NCBI GenBank assembly: GCA_965248855.1
Contig: CBDFKQ010000004.1
Coordinates: 243,342-307,341, forward strand
Direction of reading: 5' to 3'
Length of the DNA: 64,000 bases
DNA from: Spirosomataceae bacterium
Lineage (GTDB): Bacteria > Bacteroidota > Bacteroidia > Cytophagales > 172606-1
The notes beneath the pieces are model-generated. The model did not search any database and was not told where the DNA came from. It saw only the letters and a list, made by a program, of their open reading frames with translations. A program made the position numbers and the translations under genes. This document shows positions 15,802 through 25,961 of this stretch, in pieces (the first letter of the stretch is position 1; each line of letters opens with the position of its first letter).

Positions 15802-17847
15802 ATGGATACTTTAAAATTAGATTTTGAACAGGCAAAAGCAAGACATTTATTATTTAAAACAAGATTAAGGTCAATTTTATTTGGAATAGAAATAGATGAA
15901 ACTCCCGTTGTATCGCATTATGAATGCGCTGTTGGTAAATGGATTTATGGCCACGCATTAAAAGAATACGGACACATCCCCGAAATGAAAGAACTTGAAA
16001 GGGTTCATGCCAACATTCATTTATCTGCACGTGAATTAATAACTTTATTCAGGCAGGGTGATGTTGAAGAAGCCCATGCCGGCCTGGCAAAGATGGAAAT
16101 GATTGCCGATGATTTAATCGACTTGTTAAATATTATTGAAAAGAAATTAAAAGAAAGTGATCAAAAACCTCAAAATTACTCTAACAAAGAGGAATTATTA
16201 AGTATAAATTACAATGAATTGCTGGAGCTGCACGGCACAATTCAACAACTGGACGCTAAAATCAAGCAACAGGCAAATGAATTATATCAGGCTAAATCAT
16301 ATACTGATTTGCGTTTGAAAACACTGTTTAAACAGGCACCTATTGCGCTTGCTATTTTTAAAGGCAGTGATTATATGGTTGAAATGGCAAATGATTTAAT
16401 GCTGTCATACTGGGGTAGAAAAGAAGAGGAAGTATTAAACAAACCGGTTTTTGAAGCAATATCAGAAGTAAGAGATCAGGGTTTTGAATCAATTCTTGAT
16501 CAAGTTTTTAAAACCGGAAAATCATATATTTCTACGGAAAGTACAGCAACTCTGTGGCATAATGATAAATTTATTACTATCCATGTAACATTAAATTTAG
16601 AAGCCTTAAGAGAAGCTGATGGTACCATTTCAGGAATATTAAGCCTTGTGCATGATATTTCTGAACAGGTGGAATCAAAAAAGAAAATAGTAGAGGCTGA
16701 AGAAAGGACAAGGATTGCAGTTGAAGCTGCAATGCTTGGTACTTTTGATGTTGATATGGTTTTTGATAAAATTATAAGTTCTAAGCGCTTCAGTGAAATT
16801 TTTGGATTTAAAGAAACAAATATTTCTCATGAAGAATTATTAAATGTTGTTCATCCTGAAGATTTAAGTATAAGAAACGCTGCCCACGAACTTGCATTAA
16901 CTACAGGAATTTTAAGCTACGAAACAAGACTTTTATGGAAAGATGGAACAATTCATTGGGTGAAAGTTCAGGGAAAAATGTTTTTTGACAAAAAGAAAAA
17001 TCCGACACGGCTTATAGGGGCAGTGATGGATATTACCGAACAAAAAGCGTTTATGGAAGAGCTTGAAAATAAAGTATTTGAACGCACCCAGGAATTACAA
17101 TATGCCAATAAGGAGCTTAAAAATATAAATCAGGAGCTTGCCTCTTTCGCCTATATTTCAAGTCATGATTTGCAGGAACCATTACGAAAAATACAAACAT
17201 TCGGGGGACGGATTTTTAAATCCGATTATGATAATCTTTCTGAAAATGGAAAGGATTACTTAAACAGAATGCAAAATTCAGCCGGCAGAATGCAAACGCT
17301 AATTGATGATTTGCTTACTTATTCAAGGACGAGTGCCGTCGAAAGAGTTTTCTATAAAACAGACTTAAATGTTTTATTCACCGAAGTTAAAAATGAATTT
17401 AAAGAGAAAATAGAAGAGAAAATAGCTGAGATTGAAATTTCCGAGATGCCCGAAATAAAATCTATCGCATTTCAAATCAGGCAATTATTTATAAACCTGA
17501 TTTCAAATGCCATTAAATTTGCCAAACGAAATGAAACAGCAAAGATTATTATTAAATCCCAAATTTTAAAAGGCTCAGAAATTAATATTCCTGATGTTTT
17601 AATTAATGAAAATTATATTCGCATCAGTATTTCTGATAATGGAATTGGTTTTGAAGCTCATCACAGTAAAAAGATTTTTGAAGTTTTTCAAAGGCTGCAT
17701 GCAAAAGGCGATTATGCCGGTACCGGTATCGGGTTGGCTATTTGTAAAAAGATAGTTGATAATCACAGAGGATTTATAGAGGCCAATGGAGAATTGAATA
17801 ACGGAGCTACTTTTAACATTTATCTTCCAATAAATGCGGATAATTAA
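15802..17847 (+). CDS. sensor histidine kinase with an N-terminal CZB (chemoreceptor zinc-binding) domain and PAS domains
   Basis: CZB motif SHYECAVGKWIYGH...RVHANIH. Two PAS-like regions. H-box FAYISSHDLQEPLRKI, N-box LISNAIKFA, and G-boxes DNGIGF and GTGIGLAICKKIV. Confidence 0.85.
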   Translation: MDTLKLDFEQAKARHLLFKTRLRSILFGIEIDETPVVSHYECAVGKWIYGHALKEYGHIPEMKELERVHANIHLSARELITLFRQGDVEEAHAGLAKMEMIADDLIDLLNIIEKKLKESDQKPQNYSNKEELLSINYNELLELHGTIQQLDAKIKQQANELYQAKSYTDLRLKTLFKQAPIALAIFKGSDYMVEMANDLMLSYWGRKEEEVLNKPVFEAISEVRDQGFESILDQVFKTGKSYISTESTATLWHNDKFITIHVTLNLEALREADGTISGILSLVHDISEQVESKKKIVEAEERTRIAVEAAMLGTFDVDMVFDKIISSKRFSEIFGFKETNISHEELLNVVHPEDLSIRNAAHELALTTGILSYETRLLWKDGTIHWVKVQGKMFFDKKKNPTRLIGAVMDITEQKAFMEELENKVFERTQELQYANKELKNINQELASFAYISSHDLQEPLRKIQTFGGRIFKSDYDNLSENGKDYLNRMQNSAGRMQTLIDDLLTYSRTSAVERVFYKTDLNVLFTEVKNEFKEKIEEKIAEIEISEMPEIKSIAFQIRQLFINLISNAIKFAKRNETAKIIIKSQILKGSEINIPDVLINENYIRISISDNGIGFEAHHSKKIFEVFQRLHAKGDYAGTGIGLAICKKIVDNHRGFIEANGELNNGATFNIYLPINADN

Positions 17848-17871
17848 AGCTGTTTCATAAAACATATAAAA

Positions 17872-19086
17872 ATGAAATTTTTTCTTAATTCTTATAAATC
17901 TTTTCTTTTTTTTTGTTGCCTAATTTTAATCTCAGGTTGCAGCAAAAAAATAAAAACACAGGTTATATTTACAAATACGAATAAAAACATTCTTATTGAT
18001 ACATTATTACGAGTTGGAGCGGAGCAACCGGATTTTTATTTACCCGCATTAAAAAATAAAAGAATTGCTTTAGTAGTTAATAATACTTCGCTCATCAACT
18101 CTACCCATCTGGCAGATTCTTTATTAAAACTAAATATTATTGTAAAAAAAATATTTTCTCCTGAACATGGCTTCCGTGGTGAAGCAGATGCCGGGGAGAC
18201 GGTAAAGAACAGTATTGATATAAAAACGAATTTACCGTTAATCTCTTTATATGGAAAAAATAAAAAACCAACTCCGGAACAATTAAATGATATTGATATA
18301 ATTTTATTTGACATGCAGGATGTGGGTGCAAGATTTTATACCTATTCAAGCACCATGCAATATGTGATGGAGGCCTGTGCAGAGCAAAAAAAAATATTAA
18401 TTATTTTAGACAGACCAAACCCAAATGGTGAATACATTGCCGGGCCCGTGCTCGATTTAAAATATAAATCCTTTGTAGGTTTAAACCCTATTCCCATCGT
18501 TCATGGGCTCACTTTAGGTGAGATGGCTTTAATGATAAATGGAGAAGGATGGCTGAAAGATAATTTAAAATGTGATTTAGAAATTATTAAAATTAAAAAT
18601 TATAACCATCATCGAAAATATATTTTGCCCGTAAGGCCTTCACCAAACTTACCCAATCAACAATCAATAAAATTATATCCGTCATTGTGTTTATTGGAAG
18701 GCACTGTAATAAGTGTAGGAAGAGGAACCGATTTTCCATTTCAGTTGGCAGGCGGTATAGATTCTACTTATGGTAATTTTAATTTCACACCGCAAAGCAA
18801 CGCAGGTAACAAAGCACCCTTATATAAAAATACAAAATGCTTCGGAATGGATTTTAGAAATGAAGAAAATACTGATTTTACTTTAAAGTACTTGATAGGT
18901 TTTTATCAAAAGTGTGTTGATAAACCCAAATTTTTCAATAAATATTTTGATACTTTGGCAGGTACAGATTCTTTAAGAAAACAAATCATTGAAGGGTTAT
19001 CGGAAGAACAAATAAAAATATCCTGGCAAGCAGATTTAGAAAAGTATAAAATTTTGAGGAAAAAGTATTTACTGTATGAAGAGTAA
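17872..19086 (+). CDS. namZ: DUF1343-family exo-beta-N-acetylmuramidase (NamZ-like) lipoprotein
   Basis: Lipobox LISGC. IFSPEHGFRG and LFDMQDVGARFYTY are typical of the DUF1343/NamZ (YbbC) family. Confidence 0.75.
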   Translation: MKFFLNSYKSFLFFCCLILISGCSKKIKTQVIFTNTNKNILIDTLLRVGAEQPDFYLPALKNKRIALVVNNTSLINSTHLADSLLKLNIIVKKIFSPEHGFRGEADAGETVKNSIDIKTNLPLISLYGKNKKPTPEQLNDIDIILFDMQDVGARFYTYSSTMQYVMEACAEQKKILIILDRPNPNGEYIAGPVLDLKYKSFVGLNPIPIVHGLTLGEMALMINGEGWLKDNLKCDLEIIKIKNYNHHRKYILPVRPSPNLPNQQSIKLYPSLCLLEGTVISVGRGTDFPFQLAGGIDSTYGNFNFTPQSNAGNKAPLYKNTKCFGMDFRNEENTDFTLKYLIGFYQKCVDKPKFFNKYFDTLAGTDSLRKQIIEGLSEEQIKISWQADLEKYKILRKKYLLYEE

Positions 19087-19227
19087 AAAATGAAGTGCTG
19101 ATGATGAAAAATTATTACTCAGAAAATCATAATTCTAATTTTAAACTTTAAATATGTATTTAATAATTTTCGGTAAATAATAATGTATATGGTTTATAAA
19201 ACAGTTAAATAAAATTCAGTTAAAATA

Positions 19228-19260
19228 AAAAAAGACTTTCAGTACAGAAAGTCTTTTTTA
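19228..19260. terminator. bidirectional terminator between namZ and dnaB
   Basis: aaaagactttc / gaaagtctttt hairpin flanked by A and T runs. Confidence 0.7.
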
Positions 19261-19276
19261 TGATTAAGATTTAAGA

Positions 19277-20827
19277 TTAAAAAGGAGCATCATCAAAATC
19301 GTTATTTAATGGTTTTTGTTGTTGATTCATTCTGCTTTTAACAATCATAGTGCCTGCCTCATTTTCGAAAGAAGCCAAGCCATCAGGCATTTTACCTTGC
19401 AAAGGAACAAGATCCGTATTATCAAAATCAGTAAACTTGGTATATTTTCCGATAAAACGTAAACCGACAGTGTCTAAAGATCCGTTTCTGTTTTTGGCGA
19501 TAATTACTTCACCCAATCCTATTGTAGAGTTTCCTGCTTCATCGGCAGTAATGTTGTAATATTCCGGTCTGTATAAAAACATTACCATGTCAGCATCCTG
19601 CTCAATAGAACCGGATTCACGCAAATCAGATAATTGAGGTCGTTTATCGCCACCGCGCGTTTCAACAGCACGTGATAATTGTGATAAAGCGATAACGGGT
19701 ACATTTAATTCTTTGGCTATGCTTTTTAAAGATTTAGAAATTAAAGCAATTTCCTGTTCGCGATTTCCACCTTTATTTTTTCCGCCGGTGTCGGCAGTCA
19801 TCAATTGTAAATAATCGATTATTACCAATTGAATGTCGTGTTGAGCTTTTAATTTTCTGCATTTTGCACGAAGTTCAAGAATAGAAAGAGCGGGTGTATC
19901 GTCAATAAAAATCGGCGCTTCTTCTAATCTTCTAATGGCTTGGTTTAATTGTTCCCATTCATAAGGTGCAAGTTGTGCTTTCTTTAATTTTTCGCTTTCC
20001 AGCTCTGCTTCAGAAGATACCAAACGACTCATTAATTGCAATGACGACATTTCTAAAGAAAAAATAGCCACAGGTTGCTTAAAATCAACTGCTGCATTTC
20101 TCGCTGCAGAAACTACAAATGCTGTTTTACCCATTGCAGGCCGGGCGGCAATAATTACCAAATCAGATTTTTGCCAACCAGATGTTACTCTGTCTAAATT
20201 ACTAAATCCACTCGCAACACCTGTTAACCCATCTTTATGATCCTTCTTTGCATCTAAATCTTTTAAAAACAAAGCAGCCAAGGCCGACATGTTAGTAAAA
20301 TTTTTGCGGATATAAGATTCCGATACATCAAAAAGAGATTGTTGTATGCGATCCATAAAATGAAAAACATCTACAGTTTCGTCATAACCATCTCTTTCAA
20401 TTTCAGATGCAACAAGTAGCAAAGCTCGCCTGATAGCATGTTCAGATACTATACGGGCATGAGCTTCAATATTGGCTGCTGAGTTTACTCTCTCCGTTAA
20501 ATTAGCAATATAAAATGCACCTCCGGCAGGATCCAATTTTCCGGTTGATCGCAGCTCATGAGTTACTGTTAAAATATCAATTGGCTCAGATTTAGAGAAT
20601 AAGGCTTTAATCGCCAAAAATATTTCTCTATTCGCATCCCTGTAAAAACTTTCGGGTCTTAAAATATCAATTACGGCTGTCAATGCATCTTTTTCCAACA
20701 TTAATGCACCCAGTACTGCAGATTCTAAAGCTGTGGCTTGTGGTGGTATTTTTCCTAAACCTCTGCTACCCGGCTTGGCATAGGTCGGGCGCAATTTTCG
20801 CAACGGCTTTTGTTCTTCTGAATCCAT
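19277..20827 (-). CDS. dnaB: replicative DNA helicase DnaB
   Basis: 516 aa with Walker A ARPAMGKTAF, IIDYLQLM and SQLSRAVE. Full DnaB N- and C-terminal domain organisation. Confidence 0.95.
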   Translation of the reverse strand: MDSEEQKPLRKLRPTYAKPGSRGLGKIPPQATALESAVLGALMLEKDALTAVIDILRPESFYRDANREIFLAIKALFSKSEPIDILTVTHELRSTGKLDPAGGAFYIANLTERVNSAANIEAHARIVSEHAIRRALLLVASEIERDGYDETVDVFHFMDRIQQSLFDVSESYIRKNFTNMSALAALFLKDLDAKKDHKDGLTGVASGFSNLDRVTSGWQKSDLVIIAARPAMGKTAFVVSAARNAAVDFKQPVAIFSLEMSSLQLMSRLVSSEAELESEKLKKAQLAPYEWEQLNQAIRRLEEAPIFIDDTPALSILELRAKCRKLKAQHDIQLVIIDYLQLMTADTGGKNKGGNREQEIALISKSLKSIAKELNVPVIALSQLSRAVETRGGDKRPQLSDLRESGSIEQDADMVMFLYRPEYYNITADEAGNSTIGLGEVIIAKNRNGSLDTVGLRFIGKYTKFTDFDNTDLVPLQGKMPDGLASFENEAGTMIVKSRMNQQQKPLNNDFDDAPF

Positions 20828-20869
20828 AAAAAAGAAAAAAATAAAAATTAAACAAAAAATATTTCTTTT

Positions 20870-21319
20870 TTACAAAGCCGGTTCTTCATTCACTACAATC
20901 TTTTCAATTTTATCTCCTTGTTTTATTGAGTTTATAAATTCTTCGCCCTTAATTAATTTTCCAAAGCAGGTATGTACCCTATCCAAATGTTTTGTAGCCT
21001 CTCTTGATAAGCAAATAAAAAACTGCGAGCCTCCCGAATTGGGTGCACTTGTTTTTGCCATTGATAAAATTCCTCGGTCGTGATATTGATTATTTCCTGT
21101 TACTTCATCAGGAATAGTATAACCGGGGCCACCGCCACCCGTTCCTGTAGGGTCACCACCTTGTATAACAAATGTTGGGATAACTCTGTGAAATATAGTG
21201 TTATCATAATAACCTTTTTTGGCAAGCTTAATAAAGTTATCTACAGTTACAGGTGCATCTTCTTCAAAAAAAGATACTTCAATTATACCTTTCGACGTAT
21301 GTATTTCTGCTGTTTTCAT
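20870..21319 (-). CDS. peptidyl-prolyl cis-trans isomerase, cyclophilin type
   Basis: FHRVIPTFVIQGGDP and GSQFFI. Start placed at MKTAEIHT (ATG at 21319). Confidence 0.9.
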   Translation of the reverse strand: MKTAEIHTSKGIIEVSFFEEDAPVTVDNFIKLAKKGYYDNTIFHRVIPTFVIQGGDPTGTGGGGPGYTIPDEVTGNNQYHDRGILSMAKTSAPNSGGSQFFICLSREATKHLDRVHTCFGKLIKGEEFINSIKQGDKIEKIVVNEEPAL

Positions 21320-21603
21320 AAGAAATTTAATAATAAAAATGGAGGGCAAATGTAATCAAAAAAACAAGCCTGATATGAATGGGGTATGCAAAAGTTGTAA
21401 AATTTTTATTATCAAAAAAAAACATTATTAAATTATAAACTGTGGATAGATTATTAAAAATAAAATTTAAAAAATTTTTAAAATGGTTCGATTTTTTGTA
21501 TAGTTATATTGATTGTAGATTAATAACTTTTAATGAATAATTATGAATATTATTTAATGTAAAATGTTTTGTTAAAAGTTAAATCAAGTCAAATAATTTT
21601 TTG

Positions 21604-21640
21604 ATTATGAGTTTATCAATATCAATATATTCATAATTTA
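21604..21640. repeat. dispersed AT-rich intergenic repeat, copy A
   Basis: attatgagtttatcaatatcaatatattcataattta matches copy B at 35 of 37 positions. Terminal 7-bp inverted repeat attatga/tcataat. Confidence 0.6.
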
Positions 21641-21699
21641 TAGATCATTAAAGCAATAAATTTTGCAAAAATATGGTATTATTTACAAAATGAAATTTG

Positions 21700-22113
21700 A
21701 TGGAGGAGCCGGAAAACTTAAGCTTTAAAAACGAAATTAAAGATGCCTGTAAAGATTTACTATTTATAAGTGAAACGGATGAACCTTTAGTTTATATAGA
21801 GTTTGCAGACATTACAACAGAAGATCAATTAAAAATAAAGTTAATGATCTTCGAAAATAAATCTGATACAGTAAAGTTAAAAACCGAAACACTTGGTGTT
21901 TTTTTTAAAAACGCAATTACTGTTCAACCCTGGTTTGAAAAAGAAGAAAAAGAAACCGTTAAAAAATTTTTAAACTTAAAAAAAGTGCTTGAAAAAAACT
22001 TGAAAGCAATAAAAGTTTTTAAAATGGGTAAGGTAGAGCAAAATGTATTTATTTTGGGAAAAAATTCAATTGGCACTTTTGCAGGGCTAAAAACAAAGGT
22101 TGTTGAAACATAA
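21700..22113 (+). CDS. nuclease A inhibitor (NuiA)-like protein
   Basis: ~137 aa. DACKDLLFISETDEPL and the C-terminal GTFAGLKTKVVET* parallel Anabaena NuiA (LLFMSESEYPFE ... GISTKVVET). Confidence 0.6.
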   Translation: MEEPENLSFKNEIKDACKDLLFISETDEPLVYIEFADITTEDQLKIKLMIFENKSDTVKLKTETLGVFFKNAITVQPWFEKEEKETVKKFLNLKKVLEKNLKAIKVFKMGKVEQNVFILGKNSIGTFAGLKTKVVET

Positions 22114-22158
22114 TTATGTTCATATCATTTACTTTTTTTCTTCTATATCCTATAAAAT

Positions 22159-22476
22159 ATGATTATTGTTGTTACAAAATTAGGTGTTCGCGGTATGGCT
22201 TTATATCCATTTATATTGATTCGAAATGCAAAGGACCGATATGATTTTCAGCTCATTCAACACGAACTTATACATCACAAACAGCAGATCGAATTATTAA
22301 TTTTACCTTTTTATATATTTTATCTTTTAGAATACCTGTATCACAGGTTTAAAGGTAGAAATCACAATGAAGCATATCTTAATATATCTTTTGAGAAAGA
22401 AGCTTATTTAAATGACGATGTTGAAAATTATTTGCAAAAAAGAAAGTTGTGGAGTTTTATGAGGTATATGAATTGA
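22159..22476 (+). CDS. hypothetical small protein with an HExxH motif
   Basis: 105 aa with HELIHHKQ followed by a hydrophobic helix. No firm family. Confidence 0.4.
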   Translation: MIIVVTKLGVRGMALYPFILIRNAKDRYDFQLIQHELIHHKQQIELLILPFYIFYLLEYLYHRFKGRNHNEAYLNISFEKEAYLNDDVENYLQKRKLWSFMRYMN

Positions 22477-22560
22477 TTTTTATTTTTTATTTATTTCCTA
22501 ACAGTTAAATTACATGTCAGAATCATCTTTTAATAATATATTTTTGATTAAACAAACGTT

Positions 22561-22980
22561 ATGGGTTTAATATACGCAGAAATACAATTAATTAACGGCG
22601 ATGACTTGGCGCTTGTAAGAAGAAATTTAATGGATAAGGATGAGGTAAAATCCATTTGGGTAACTGCCTTGGTTGATACAGGATCTTATATGTTGGCCAT
22701 TAATGAAAGCATTCAGGAACAATTACAATTTCCTGTGCTCGACAAAAAATTTGGATTAATGGCAGATGGTTCTAGGTTGGAATGTGATATTGTCGGCCCT
22801 GTTGAATTGCGTTTTAAAAATCGTCAAACAACAGTAAGAGCGATGGTTTTACCGGGAGATGCTGAAGTATTATTGGGCGCAATACCAATGGAAGACATGG
22901 ATGTACTTATTCATCCCTTAAGGCAAGAATTAATTGTAAATCCTGAGCATCCTTATTTTGCTGTTACAAAATTGAAGTAA
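22561..22980 (+). CDS. clan AA (retropepsin-like) aspartic protease
   Basis: 139 aa with ALVDTGSYML (DTG active-site motif) and GAIPMEDMD (flap/dimer region). The size fits a single-lobe retropepsin. Confidence 0.65.
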   Translation: MGLIYAEIQLINGDDLALVRRNLMDKDEVKSIWVTALVDTGSYMLAINESIQEQLQFPVLDKKFGLMADGSRLECDIVGPVELRFKNRQTTVRAMVLPGDAEVLLGAIPMEDMDVLIHPLRQELIVNPEHPYFAVTKLK

Positions 22981-23014
22981 TATTTACTTATGAGTTTATT
23001 AATATTAAATTCAA

Positions 23015-23380
23015 TTAATTTATATTTTTCTTTTTTGTGAGAGAATACACACAACAAATCATCATAAAAAAAACACAAATTACCATTCCCATCGCCTCTC
23101 TTGCCAGTTCCTGATTTGGAGTTTTCATTGCCATTCCCGTACCTTTTGATACAAAACCTTCCCATGCAGTCATTAGCATCCAACTGTTTATAGCAATTGA
23201 TAAATATAAAATTGATAAAATTATAAGTAACTCACTATTAAATTTCCATCTGAAAGCCTGTATACCAACATAGGCAACAATCAAATATAAGGTTGCCCAC
23301 CAAATTGGATCAGGGTCGTTCAATTGTAAATAAGCCGACCAGATAAATAATACGGAAAATAAAATTGCAAAGTATCTCAT
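23015..23380 (-). CDS. TMEM220-family membrane protein
   Basis: Four hydrophobic helices and AYLQLNDPDPIWW near the N-terminus. Start placed at MRYFAIL. Confidence 0.5.
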   Translation of the reverse strand: MRYFAILFSVLFIWSAYLQLNDPDPIWWATLYLIVAYVGIQAFRWKFNSELLIILSILYLSIAINSWMLMTAWEGFVSKGTGMAMKTPNQELAREAMGMVICVFFMMICCVYSLTKKKNIN

Positions 23381-23439
23381 TATAAAAAAGAAAAAAAATA
23401 AAGACTCCAAAATTTGAAGTCTTTATTCAGTGAAAAAAA

Positions 23440-24150
23440 TTATAAATTTTTTACTTTTATATTTCTAAACCATATTTTATCTCCATGGTCTTGCAAGGCG
23501 ATGTGGCCTTTACGAAATTTTGCAAAATCGGGCATAGAATTAAATTTACTTCCTTTTACGAGTGCCATAAACTCAGGGCTGTTTAAATCAAAACTCAATA
23601 CCTTTTTGTCGTTAAACCAATGCTCCACTTTTCCTTTATTTACAACAATTTTAATTTTATTCCATTGCCCAACAGCATTTGTAGTTGCTTTACTTGGAAT
23701 TAAATCATAAAGCGAACCTGCCTTTCTATTTTCATCTTTACCCAACTTCGCATCCGGATGTTTATCATTATCAAGAATTTGCATTTCCGGACCGGTTAAC
23801 CATGGCGCATTGTATTGCTCACCTTCTTCTACCAAATACATAATTCCGCTGTTTCCACCTTCTGAAATCTTCCATTCCAATTGAAATTCAAAATTTTCAA
23901 ATTCTTCGTCTGTTACCAAATCACCTGAATTTTTTTCGTTTAATTCTAAAATTCCATTTACGGCTTTCCACCCCTTCGATACATCTTTTTTATTATAATT
24001 ATGCCATCCTTTTGTTGTTTTGCCATCAAATAAAACCTTCCATTCACCATTATTTTTTTTATTTACCACCTTTTTTCCGAAAGTTAAAGATTGAAAAATA
24101 AATAAGGCAACAAGGCCCAAAATCCATAATATACCTTTTTGAAGTTTCAT
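23440..24150 (-). CDS. DUF1080-family protein (3-keto-disaccharide hydrolase-like), secreted
   Basis: Signal peptide, WKVLFDGKTTKGW, SGIMY and the C-terminal HIALQDHGDKIWFRNIKVK. Confidence 0.75.
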   Translation of the reverse strand: MKLQKGILWILGLVALFIFQSLTFGKKVVNKKNNGEWKVLFDGKTTKGWHNYNKKDVSKGWKAVNGILELNEKNSGDLVTDEEFENFEFQLEWKISEGGNSGIMYLVEEGEQYNAPWLTGPEMQILDNDKHPDAKLGKDENRKAGSLYDLIPSKATTNAVGQWNKIKIVVNKGKVEHWFNDKKVLSFDLNSPEFMALVKGSKFNSMPDFAKFRKGHIALQDHGDKIWFRNIKVKNL

Positions 24151-24179
24151 TAACGCTTTTATTTAAATGTAAATAATAA

Positions 24180-25226
24180 TTAAACTAAACCTAATATTTT
24201 TTTATTGGTTTCATTATCAATTCCTGCATCGGCAAAATCATCAAATGCCTTTTCTGTTTTCCTGATCATGTGCGCTTCAATATAAGGTGCGCCTTCTGCA
24301 GCCCCATCTTCAGGATGTTTTAATGCACATTCCCATTCCAATACACACCAACCTTTATAATCATATTGTGCGAGTTTGCTAAATATAGAACCAAAATCAA
24401 CTTGTCCGTCACCTAAAGAGCGGAATCTTCCCGGCCTGTCAACCCAACCTTGATAACTTCCATAAATTCCTGAGCGACCTGTAGGGTTAAATTCAGCATC
24501 TTTAACATGAAACATCTTTATAAACTCATGATAAATATCAATATTTTCTAAATAATTAAGTTGCTGTAATACATAATGACTGGGGTCATAAAGTATTTTT
24601 AAGGCAGAATGTTTTCCTGTCGCCTCATAAAAACGCTCGAATGTTATTCCATCATGCAAATCTTCACCCGGGTGTAATTCGTAACATAAATCTACTCCGG
24701 CATCGGCAAAAGCATTTAAAATGGGGATCCATCTTTTAGCTAATTCTTTAAATGCTTCTTCAATCAATCCACCCGGCCTTTGTGGCCATGGATAAATATA
24801 TGGCCATGCTAAAGAGCCCGAAAAAGTAGCGTGGGCTTTTAATCCTAAATTTTTACTTGCCTTTGCAGCCAATAATAATTGATTAATCGCCCAATCTGTC
24901 CTTGCTTTCGGGTTATTATGTACTTCTTTAGGTGCAAAACCATCAAATAATTCGTTATAAGCAGGGTGAACAGCTACCAATTGGCCTTGTAAGTGTGTGG
25001 AAAGTTCTGTTATCTCTATCCCAACATTTTTCGCAATTCCTTTAATCTCATCACAGTAAGCTGTACTGTCTGCCAGTTTTTGCAAATCAACAACTCGTGA
25101 ATCCCAAGAAGGAATTTGAACACCAACATACCCTAAGTCACTTGCCCATTTGGTTATATTTTCAAATGAATTAAAAGGAGCGCTATCTCCCATAAATTGA
25201 GCCAGAAAAATGGCAGGTCCCTTCAT
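24180..25226 (-). CDS. sugar phosphate isomerase/epimerase (xylose-isomerase-like TIM barrel)
   Basis: 348 aa with motifs typical of this family (YELHPGED, FHVKD, LEWE). It is adjacent to DUF1080, a common pairing. Confidence 0.7.
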   Translation of the reverse strand: MKGPAIFLAQFMGDSAPFNSFENITKWASDLGYVGVQIPSWDSRVVDLQKLADSTAYCDEIKGIAKNVGIEITELSTHLQGQLVAVHPAYNELFDGFAPKEVHNNPKARTDWAINQLLLAAKASKNLGLKAHATFSGSLAWPYIYPWPQRPGGLIEEAFKELAKRWIPILNAFADAGVDLCYELHPGEDLHDGITFERFYEATGKHSALKILYDPSHYVLQQLNYLENIDIYHEFIKMFHVKDAEFNPTGRSGIYGSYQGWVDRPGRFRSLGDGQVDFGSIFSKLAQYDYKGWCVLEWECALKHPEDGAAEGAPYIEAHMIRKTEKAFDDFADAGIDNETNKKILGLV

Positions 25227-25526
25227 AATCAGTATAATTTACTTTTTGAATATTAAAAATTAATATGCCGGCTAAAACACTATTAAAAATATGTTTTGTA
25301 CAAAGAAAATAAATAATTATAGAAATCACACTTTAAAATTAAATTCACACATTTTTTTTAAATAAAAAAAATATTTTTAGGCATTTTAAAAAAATATTTA
25401 ATAGAATTTGAACAAAGTATTTTTATTTTAAGTTAAGTACATAATTGATATCACTTACCTTTGAACAGTTGCTTTGAACGACAAACTTTCGTTTTAGAAT
25501 TGTTAAAAATTGAATTTCCATTATAA

Positions 25527-25961
25527 ATGATTAAAGAGATAGTTTCAACAAAAAAGGCAGCAGTATTCAGAAAAGAACATTTTAATGCAGCCCATCGATT
25601 AAACAATTCCGATTGGGATGATGAAAAGAACAAAGCTGTTTTTGGAAAATGTAACAATGCCAACTACCATGGCCATAATTATGAATTGATTGTAAAAATT
25701 GTTGGAAATATTAATCCGGAAACCGGTTATGTAATTGATATAAAAATACTATCGGATATAATAAAAGAATTTATTATTGAAAAATTTGATCATAAAAATT
25801 TAAACCTTGATACTGAAGAATTTAAACATACTAATCCAAGTGCCGAAAATATTGCTGTGGTTATTTATGAAATTATAAAAAGCAAGATTGATCCGCAATT
25901 TGATATTAAAATTACATTATATGAAACCGAAAGAAACTATGTTGAATACCCCGCATATTAA
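25527..25961 (+). CDS. queD: 6-carboxytetrahydropterin / 6-pyruvoyl-tetrahydropterin synthase
   Basis: FNAAHRL, HGHNYEL and the 144-aa size. Confidence 0.85.
   Translation: MIKEIVSTKKAAVFRKEHFNAAHRLNNSDWDDEKNKAVFGKCNNANYHGHNYELIVKIVGNINPETGYVIDIKILSDIIKEFIIEKFDHKNLNLDTEEFKHTNPSAENIAVVIYEIIKSKIDPQFDIKITLYETERNYVEYPAY

Noticed and set aside
21436-21450. A DnaA-box-like tgtggatag upstream of the NuiA-like gene, near dnaB.
   Set aside because: It is a single imperfect box with no cluster of boxes or adjacent AT-rich unwinding element, which is not enough to call an origin or a DnaA-regulated promoter.
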